DNA of 32,000 nt. Origin: Candidatus Electronema halotolerans (lineage in GTDB: Bacteria; Desulfobacterota; Desulfobulbia; Desulfobulbales; Desulfobulbaceae). The translations under genes were made by a program, and so were the position numbers. Position 1 is the stretch's first letter; each line of letters opens with the position of its first letter. Positions 26,594 through 32,000 of this stretch are shown one piece after another. The notes beneath the pieces are model-generated. The model did no database searches, had not been told where the DNA came from, and saw nothing but the letters and a program-made list of their open reading frames with translations. The stretch lies in assembly GCA_942493095.1 (NCBI GenBank), contig OW818675.1, positions 3,090,001-3,122,000 of the forward strand, written 5' to 3'.

Positions 26594-27373
26594 TTATCTC
26601 TTCAAGAGCGAAGAGTAAAGATTCTTGGTTGACAAGGCCACCAAGGCTGTGCCGACAATAATAACCACGGACAGGGCATTGATGGTTGGTGAGACACCAA
26701 AACGAATCATGGAAAAGATATGCAAGGGCAAGGTTGAGGAACCTGGCCCGGCGACAAAAAAGGTGATGACAAAGTCCTCCAGCGAGAGCGTTATTGCCAG
26801 CAGCAGCCCGGCAATAATGCCTGGCATGGAGATTGGTAAAATCACCCGCAGGAGCATATCCAGCTCTGTGGCTCCCAGATCATAAGCTGCTTCAACAATG
26901 GAAAAATCAAACTCCTCCAACCGGGCCATGACCGTCATCAGGACAAAGGGAATGTTAAAGGTGACATGGGCGAGAAAGACCGTAAACAAACTGAGATTGA
27001 GACCGATCTTGTTGAAGAAGATGAGAATGGAAACGCCGATGATGATTTCCGGCAGGATGACCGGAAAAAAGGTCAGGGTCTGAATTGCCTTTTTCATCCT
27101 GAAGCTGTACCAGCAGAGGCCGATTGCTCCCAAAGTGCCAATCACAGTTGCTACTGCCGAAGAACTTATGGCTACAATAATACTGTTCCAGAAGCTGTGC
27201 CAGAGCGGCCCGGAATTGTAGAACAGCTCATGATACCATTTGAGGGAAAAGCCTTCCCAGCGCATGGACTTGGAGCTGTTGAACGACGTGATGACCAAAA
27301 TGGCCAGCGGGATATGCAGAAATAAGGTGACAAAGAGGAAAACACCAAAGGAGAATTTGCCCGGCTTGTTCAT
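26594..27373 (-). CDS. potC: Spermidine/putrescine ABC transporter permease PotC
   Basis: 259 aa polytopic membrane protein with an EAA-loop-like IVEAAYDLGATELDMLLRVILP. It overlaps potB by 4 nt (ATGA). Confidence 0.85.
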   Translation of the reverse strand: MNKPGKFSFGVFLFVTLFLHIPLAILVITSFNSSKSMRWEGFSLKWYHELFYNSGPLWHSFWNSIIVAISSSAVATVIGTLGAIGLCWYSFRMKKAIQTLTFFPVILPEIIIGVSILIFFNKIGLNLSLFTVFLAHVTFNIPFVLMTVMARLEEFDFSIVEAAYDLGATELDMLLRVILPISMPGIIAGLLLAITLSLEDFVITFFVAGPGSSTLPLHIFSMIRFGVSPTINALSVVIIVGTALVALSTKNLYSSLLKR

Positions 27374-28206
27374 CGGCTGCTCTCCTTTTTGTTCTGCGAG
27401 CGCATGAAAAAGAGCACTGCCAGCATGGTCACTGAAGTCAGAACTACGGACATGGACGAGGCCAGCGGCCAGTTGCGGGTGATGTTCAGCTCGCGTTCAA
27501 TCAGATTGCCCAGCATCCAACTGCTTGTGCCGCCGACCAACTTGGGCACAGCAAAATTGCCGAATGTCGGAATGAACGTGAAGAGCACTGCCGTGGTGAT
27601 GCCGCTGCGAATATTGGGAATCATGATCTTCCACAAGGCAACAGTCTTGGATGCGCCTAAATCCATTGCCGCCTCAATCAGTGAGAAGTCAAATTTCTCA
27701 ATGGTTGAATAGAGCGGAAAAATGGCGAAAGGAATGGTGGTATAGACAATCACCAGAATAATGGCCCCGCGATTGTAGAGAAACTGCACCGGACTGTCTG
27801 TCAAACCCGCGCCCATGAGAAAGCTGTTGATCAGGCCGTTGCTGCCGAGAATGGCAATCCAGGCATAAATGCGGATGAGAAAATTGGTCCAGAATGGGAT
27901 GATGATCAGCATCAGGAGCAGATTTTTCACCGGACTGCGGGCTATGTAATAAGCTGTCGGCAAGGCCAGCGCAACCATCATTGCGGTGGAGAGCACGGCA
28001 ATGATGATGGTGTTGAGCAGCACCTTGAGCACTGCGGTGTTGAAGAGCGAGCGGTAGGCGGCAAGGGAAAGATGCGGCTCCACGCCGCCGTACAAGCCTT
28101 TTTCCAGGAAACTGTAGCTCAGGGTGATGAGCAGGGGCACGGACAGGAAGGCGCAGAGCCAGAAGGCAACCGGCCCGACATAGATTGGCCCGTAATTCTT
28201 GCGCAT
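27370..28206 (-). CDS. potB: Spermidine/putrescine ABC transporter permease PotB
   Basis: 278 aa polytopic membrane protein with the EAA loop LIEAAMDLGASKTVALWKIMIP. Its ATG directly abuts the potA TAA stop. Confidence 0.85.
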   Translation of the reverse strand: MRKNYGPIYVGPVAFWLCAFLSVPLLITLSYSFLEKGLYGGVEPHLSLAAYRSLFNTAVLKVLLNTIIIAVLSTAMMVALALPTAYYIARSPVKNLLLMLIIIPFWTNFLIRIYAWIAILGSNGLINSFLMGAGLTDSPVQFLYNRGAIILVIVYTTIPFAIFPLYSTIEKFDFSLIEAAMDLGASKTVALWKIMIPNIRSGITTAVLFTFIPTFGNFAVPKLVGGTSSWMLGNLIERELNITRNWPLASSMSVVLTSVTMLAVLFFMRSQNKKESSR

Positions 28207-29364
28207 TTACTTGCTGACCTCCACCATGAAGCTGTCTTTGCTGTTCCACCAGAGGCAGACCTTGTCTTTCCAAGTTATTGGCTTTTCGTCCATGAAATAC
28301 TGGACATGCTGGCGGAACACAATCAGCGGCTCTTTGTTTTGACTGACCCGGATGAAATATTTGGTCTGAAAGCCGGTGTAGATCATATCCTCAACTGTGC
28401 CGTGGAGGACATTGACATCCGGCGGCAGCTTGTCCGGCTTTTGCGGGGCAATGCGGATTTTCTCAGGCCGCACCGTCAGAGCAACCTTGCTGCCCGGCTG
28501 CACTTTCTTGTCCAAATAGATGCTGAAGCTGCCATAGTCAGGCGACTCGAAAAGCGCATGCTCCTCGTCAGTCAGAGCCGCAACCGTGCCGTGCAGGTAA
28601 TTGGTCTCGCCGATGAAGCGTGCGACAAATTCGTTGGCCGGGCTTTCATAAATCTCAGCCGGGCTGCCGATCTGCTGAATTTCTCCTTTGTTCAGCACAC
28701 AGACCTGATCCGAGACGCTCAGGGCCTCGGCCTGATCATGGGTGACGTAAATAAAGGTGATGCCGACTTTGTCATGAATCGCATCCAGCTCCAGCAGCAT
28801 GTGCTGGCGCAGCTTGGCATCCAAGGCCGAGAGCGGTTCGTCCAAGAGCAGGACACGCGGCTGGTTGATCAGGGCGCGGGCAATGGCCACCCGCTGCTTC
28901 TGGCCGCCAGAAAGCTGGCGCGGATATTTCTTGCTCTCGGTTTCCATGCGGACGAGTTCAAGATTTTCCTGCACCGCTTTTTTGATACCCGCTGCGGCAG
29001 TTTTCTTCAGTCGCAAAGGAAACGCGACATTCTCGAAAACAGTGAGATGGGGAAAAAGGGCGTAATTCTGGAAGATGGTGTTGACATGCCGTTTATTGGG
29101 CGGCAAAGAGAGAATGCTCACGCCATCAAAACAGACATCGCCTTGACTTGGCGTTTCAAAGCCGCCAATGATGCGCAGCAGCGTGGTTTTTCCGCAGCCG
29201 GAAGGGCCGAGCAGCGAATAAAAACCGCCGTTGGCAATGGTTAATGAGGCGTTTTGCAGAGCAAAAAAATCCCCGAAACTCTTGGACACATTTTCAACAG
29301 TAACCTGACTGCTTTTCACAGTATCAACCCGCTGCTGATGAAATCCCTCCCCTGCCCGCCTCAT
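28207..29364 (-). CDS. potA: Spermidine/putrescine ABC transporter ATPase PotA
   Basis: Walker A is [11 protein letters not shown], the ABC signature is [15 protein letters not shown] and Walker B is [14 protein letters not shown]-terminal TOBE-like region is present. The 456-aa track ORF (to 29577) is an upstream read-through. I start the gene at ATG 29364 (MRRAGEGF..., 385 aa), but no convincing SD is visible, so the start is provisional. Confidence 0.8.
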   Translation of the reverse strand: MRRAGEGFHQQRVDTVKSSQVTVENVSKSFGDFFALQNASLTIANGGFYSLLGPSGCGKTTLLRIIGGFETPSQGDVCFDGVSILSLPPNKRHVNTIFQNYALFPHLTVFENVAFPLRLKKTAAAGIKKAVQENLELVRMETESKKYPRQLSGGQKQRVAIARALINQPRVLLLDEPLSALDAKLRQHMLLELDAIHDKVGITFIYVTHDQAEALSVSDQVCVLNKGEIQQIGSPAEIYESPANEFVARFIGETNYLHGTVAALTDEEHALFESPDYGSFSIYLDKKVQPGSKVALTVRPEKIRIAPQKPDKLPPDVNVLHGTVEDMIYTGFQTKYFIRVSQNKEPLIVFRQHVQYFMDEKPITWKDKVCLWWNSKDSFMVEVSK

Positions 29365-29603
29365 GCTGGCAGGGGGTATTTCTTTGCTGAAAAAAGTGCA
29401 ATTTTGCCTTATTGCAAGAGCTTTTCGGCGCAAACGGAAAAATACCCTGCCTGCTGGCACTATGTCAAGACAAAAGCATCGGCTGCGGCAGCAGTTGTCC
29501 AATGGTGCCGGAAAAGTGACTGAGTCAGGCTGCATAAGGCATGAGACGCAGTCCGCAGCTATTGGAGCAATTTCCAAATGCCCAAGGCACTCGCAAGCCG
29601 AGC

Positions 29604-29632
29604 TTGTTGCCGAGCAGTATAGGTGGTATTAT
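29604..29632 (+). promoter_or_regulatory. Candidate sigma70-type promoter for pyrK-pyrD
   Basis: TTGTTG (29604-29609), 17 nt, TATTAT (29627-29632), about 80 nt upstream of the pyrK ATG. This is a sequence match only. Confidence 0.3.
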
Positions 29633-29710
29633 AGGCACCTGCCAATTTTTTCAACCCGGCGGCAGTTGCGCCTGCATCTTGAATTCACGAAAAATCAGCT
29701 GAGAGAGCAG

Positions 29711-30481
29711 ATGCCCCAATCCAGTCAGCAAAACCGCATTCTCGCCAATGACCGTCTGAGCGCAGATGTTTTCCGGCTCACGGTTCATGCGCCGGAGCTG
29801 GCCGCTGTGGCCGCGCCAGGCCAGTTTGTCATGGTAAGGACAGCGGAAAGCCTTGATCCGCTCCTGCGGCGGCCCTTTTCTATCCATAGCCGGAACGCAG
29901 ACGGCAGCCTCAGCCTACTTTTCAAGGTGGTCGGCAAGGGCACGGCTTTGCTTGCCAAAGTCAAGGTTGGCGATTCGCTCGACCTGCTGGGGCCGCTGGG
30001 CCGGGGCTTTGATTTGACTGCTGCTGATCAGCCAGTCTGTCTGATTGGCGGCGGCATGGGCATTGCTCCGCTGCTCTTTCTTGCCCAGGAGCTGCGCGGG
30101 CCAAAATACGCCCTGCTCGGTGCGAGAAATCAGGAGGAGCTGGCCCCGTTGGCAAAACTGTTCGCTGAAATTGGCTGCGCTGTCCAGCTTGCCACGGACG
30201 ACGGCAGCCTTGGTCATCACGGTTTTATTCCCGATTTGCTGGAGGCAGTGCTGCCGGAGGTGCAACAAGTCTGCACCTGCGGCCCCAGCCTGATGATGCG
30301 CAGCGTGGTCAGCATAAGCCGTCAGGCCGGAACGTCCTGCCAAGTCTCGGTGGAAACTGCTATGGCCTGCGGTATGGGGGCCTGTCTTGGCTGCGTCATG
30401 CCGGGCGCGGATGGGCGGCAGGTGCATGTCTGCACGGACGGCCCGGTCTTCAAGGCGGAGGAACTGGCATGGCAGCTTTGA
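29711..30481 (+). CDS. pyrK: Dihydroorotate dehydrogenase (class 1B) electron-transfer subunit
   Basis: The 372-aa track ORF is an N-terminal read-through. The ATG at 29711, preceded by GAGAGAG, gives 256 aa: MPQSSQQNRILANDRLSADVFRLTVHAPEL..PGQFVMV..RRPFSI (FAD-binding barrel). The C-terminal 2Fe-2S motif is CGMGACLGCV...VCTDGPVF. Confidence 0.85.
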   Translation: MPQSSQQNRILANDRLSADVFRLTVHAPELAAVAAPGQFVMVRTAESLDPLLRRPFSIHSRNADGSLSLLFKVVGKGTALLAKVKVGDSLDLLGPLGRGFDLTAADQPVCLIGGGMGIAPLLFLAQELRGPKYALLGARNQEELAPLAKLFAEIGCAVQLATDDGSLGHHGFIPDLLEAVLPEVQQVCTCGPSLMMRSVVSISRQAGTSCQVSVETAMACGMGACLGCVMPGADGRQVHVCTDGPVFKAEELAWQL

Positions 30482-31401
30482 AACCTGACATGCGGGTCAA
30501 GCTCGGCCCGCTGGACTTGCAAAATCCGGTGCTGACCGCCTCTGGCACCTTTGGTTATGCCAAGGAATTTGAGCCGTTCGTCAATCTGAACCGGCTCGGC
30601 GGCATCATTGTCAAAGGCATTTCCTTGGAGCCAAGACCCGGCAATCCACCGCCGCGCATTGTCGAGACGGCCTGCGGAATGCTCAACGCCATCGGCTTGG
30701 AGAATGTCGGGGTTGACCGCTTCATCAGCGAAAAAATGCCCTATCTGCGAACACTGACCGCACCGCTGCTTGTCAATATTCTTGGCGATTCGCTTGATGA
30801 CTACCGCGAGCTGGCCCGCCGATTGGACGAAGTGCCGGGAATCAGTGCGCTTGAGGTCAACATATCTTGTCCAAATGTGAAAAAAGGCGGAGCAGCCTTT
30901 GGCGCATCGCCGGAGATGGCGGCAGCCGTGACAGCGGCAGTGCGCAAGGCTGCCCGGCTGCCGGTCATTGTCAAGCTCTCGCCTAATGTTACGGACATCA
31001 CCGTGATGGCAAAAGCGGTTGAAGATGCGGGCGCAGATGCGCTCTCGCTGATCAACACCCTGATCGGCATGGCCATTAACGCGAAGACGCGGAAGCCGCG
31101 CTTGGCAAATATCATCGGCGGATTGTCCGGCCCGGCGATTAAGCCGATTGCTTTGCGCATGGTCTGGCAGACGGCGCAGGCGGTTTCCATTCCGGTGATC
31201 GGCATTGGCGGCATCAGCACGGCAGAGGATGCGGTTGAATTTCTCCTCGCCGGGGCCAGCGCGGTGCAGGTCGGCACAGCCAATTTTTACGATCCCTCGG
31301 CAGCAGAAAAGATCGTCACTGGTTTGGAAGCGTATCTGCAAGAGCAGGGCGAGGAACGGATCAGCAATCTCATCGGCGCGTTGGATACGGGGAAGGACTG
31401 A
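30469..31401 (+). CDS. pyrD: Dihydroorotate dehydrogenase (class 1B) catalytic subunit
   Basis: 310 aa. The ATG sits 6 nt after GGAGGA and overlaps the pyrK stop by 13 nt. Motifs are LQNPVLTASGTFGY, NAIGLEN, EVNISCPNVKKGG (catalytic Cys context) and GIGGISTAEDAVEFLLAGASAVQVGTA. Confidence 0.9.
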   Translation: MAALKPDMRVKLGPLDLQNPVLTASGTFGYAKEFEPFVNLNRLGGIIVKGISLEPRPGNPPPRIVETACGMLNAIGLENVGVDRFISEKMPYLRTLTAPLLVNILGDSLDDYRELARRLDEVPGISALEVNISCPNVKKGGAAFGASPEMAAAVTAAVRKAARLPVIVKLSPNVTDITVMAKAVEDAGADALSLINTLIGMAINAKTRKPRLANIIGGLSGPAIKPIALRMVWQTAQAVSIPVIGIGGISTAEDAVEFLLAGASAVQVGTANFYDPSAAEKIVTGLEAYLQEQGEERISNLIGALDTGKD

Positions 31402-31491
31402 TGGAAGCAGGCAGGATTCGTCGTTCCATCGCTGGGGCATTTTTTTCACAACCAAGAGGAGGTATGTCATGCACGAGCACCGCACGGAACG

Positions 31492-31519
31492 GTAGGGGCG
31501 AAAAATTTTTCGCCCCTAC
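31492..31519. repeat. Perfect 28-bp palindrome (14+14) between pyrD and aroD; stem-loop of unknown role
   Basis: GTAGGGGCGAAAAA|TTTTTCGCCCCTAC is an exact reverse complement. It has a 9-bp GC-rich stem and an A5/U5 centre, and no U-tract after the stem. It lies 90 nt after the pyrD stop and ends 2 nt before the first in-frame aroD ATG. Confidence 0.9.
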
Positions 31520-31545
31520 AAATGACAATGATAACAATGAATACA

Positions 31546-32000
31546 ATGGAATTAGGAAAAATTTGCGTTTCCCTGACTGGAGCAGATGCGGCGGCAATAC
31601 AAGAGCAGGCACAGCAGGTGCTGGATTCAGCCGACGTGCTGGAAATCCGCCTCGACTACATGACCGCGCCGGAGCCGGAAAAATGCTGTTCCCTCCTGCG
31701 CCAGCCGCTGCTTTTCACCAACAGGCCGCTCTGGGAAGGCGGCAGGTTTGCCGGAAGCGAGGAGGAGCGGCTTGAACCGCTGCTGGAGGCGGTGCGGCTG
31801 CGGGCGGAGTATGTTGATCTGGAGCTGCGGGCTGCTCTGCACAGCCGTCATTGCTTATTGGAGGCTATAGAGGGCAGCCCGACCAAGCTGATTCTCTCGT
31901 GGCATGACTTTAAGGAGACTCCGTCCGCAGCCGAGCTGACCAACCTGCTCCATCAGATGATTGCCAGCGGCGCGCATGTCGGCAAGATTGTCACCACGGC
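31546..32000 (+). CDS. aroD: 3-dehydroquinate dehydratase, type I; 5' part only, running off the right edge
   Basis: It is absent from the ORF track because there is no stop in the window. The translation is MELGKICVSLTGADAAAIQEQ...DVLEIRLDYM...LLFTNRPLWEGGRF.GSEEERL..L..A..L.AEYVDLEL...KLILSWHDFKETP...GKIVTT, which matches type I DHQase motifs (E.RxD, T.R...EGG, D.E, S.HDF..TP, KI). Three further in-frame ATGs lie upstream (31522, 31528, 31537), so the start is uncertain. Confidence 0.8.
   Translation, partial: MELGKICVSLTGADAAAIQEQAQQVLDSADVLEIRLDYMTAPEPEKCCSLLRQPLLFTNRPLWEGGRFAGSEEERLEPLLEAVRLRAEYVDLELRAALHSRHCLLEAIEGSPTKLILSWHDFKETPSAAELTNLLHQMIASGAHVGKIVTT

Noticed and set aside
29365-29577. 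The upstream 71-codon extension of potA, which gives the track ORF of 456 aa.
   Set aside because: The extension (MEIAPIAADCVSCLMQPDSV...) has no ABC-ATPase similarity, overlaps the pyrK-side read-through ORF and would make PotA far longer than family members. It is most likely a chance open frame in the intergenic region.
29363-29710. The upstream 116-codon extension of pyrK, which gives the track ORF of 372 aa.
   Set aside because: PyrK-type proteins are about 250-280 aa and begin just before the FAD-binding barrel. The ATG at 29711 is preceded by GAGAGAG and gives the expected N-terminus. The extension is basic, low-complexity sequence.
31401-31775. A 124-aa plus-strand ORF starting near the pyrD stop.
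   Set aside because: It is out of frame with, and overlaps, the clearly recognisable aroD reading frame. Its translation is Gly/Ala/Arg-rich low-complexity sequence.

Overview
This is a 32-kb chromosomal window, moderately GC-rich. Its gene content looks like an anaerobic Gram-negative, possibly Desulfobacterota-like, but that taxon is inference only.

**Left third (1-9339).** Housekeeping and sugar-nucleotide genes, mostly on the minus strand: partial ugd, a PF10118-like metal hydrolase (plus strand), yggS, manC, an HEXXH membrane protein, greA, a DegT-family aminotransferase and an rpoH-like sigma factor. lepA lies on the plus strand.

**Centre (9507-15566), the accessory part.**
- One gene of about 1091 codons encodes a STAND NTPase with the order CHAT (caspase-like), degenerate CHAT-like duplicate, NB-ARC, TPR-like helical region.
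- Two complete insertion sequences split it into three ORFs: an IS4-family element (10178-11457, 10-bp target duplication) and a single-ORF IS66-family element (12937-14422, 8-bp target duplication).
- Removing each IS plus one duplication copy restores a single open frame.
- A roughly 250-bp array of degenerate 21-bp tandem repeats follows (15595-15847).

**Right half.**
- On the minus strand: a stand-alone, probably truncated PAS protein, a 2903-codon cyclic beta-1,2-glucan synthase and potABCD.
- On the plus strand: pyrK-pyrD (class 1B DHODH) and the 5' part of aroD.
- aroD is preceded by an 8-codon mini-ORF with a strong SD, which ends inside a perfect 28-bp palindrome.

No rRNA, tRNA or CRISPR array was seen. 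All family assignments come from motif recognition by eye, not from searches.
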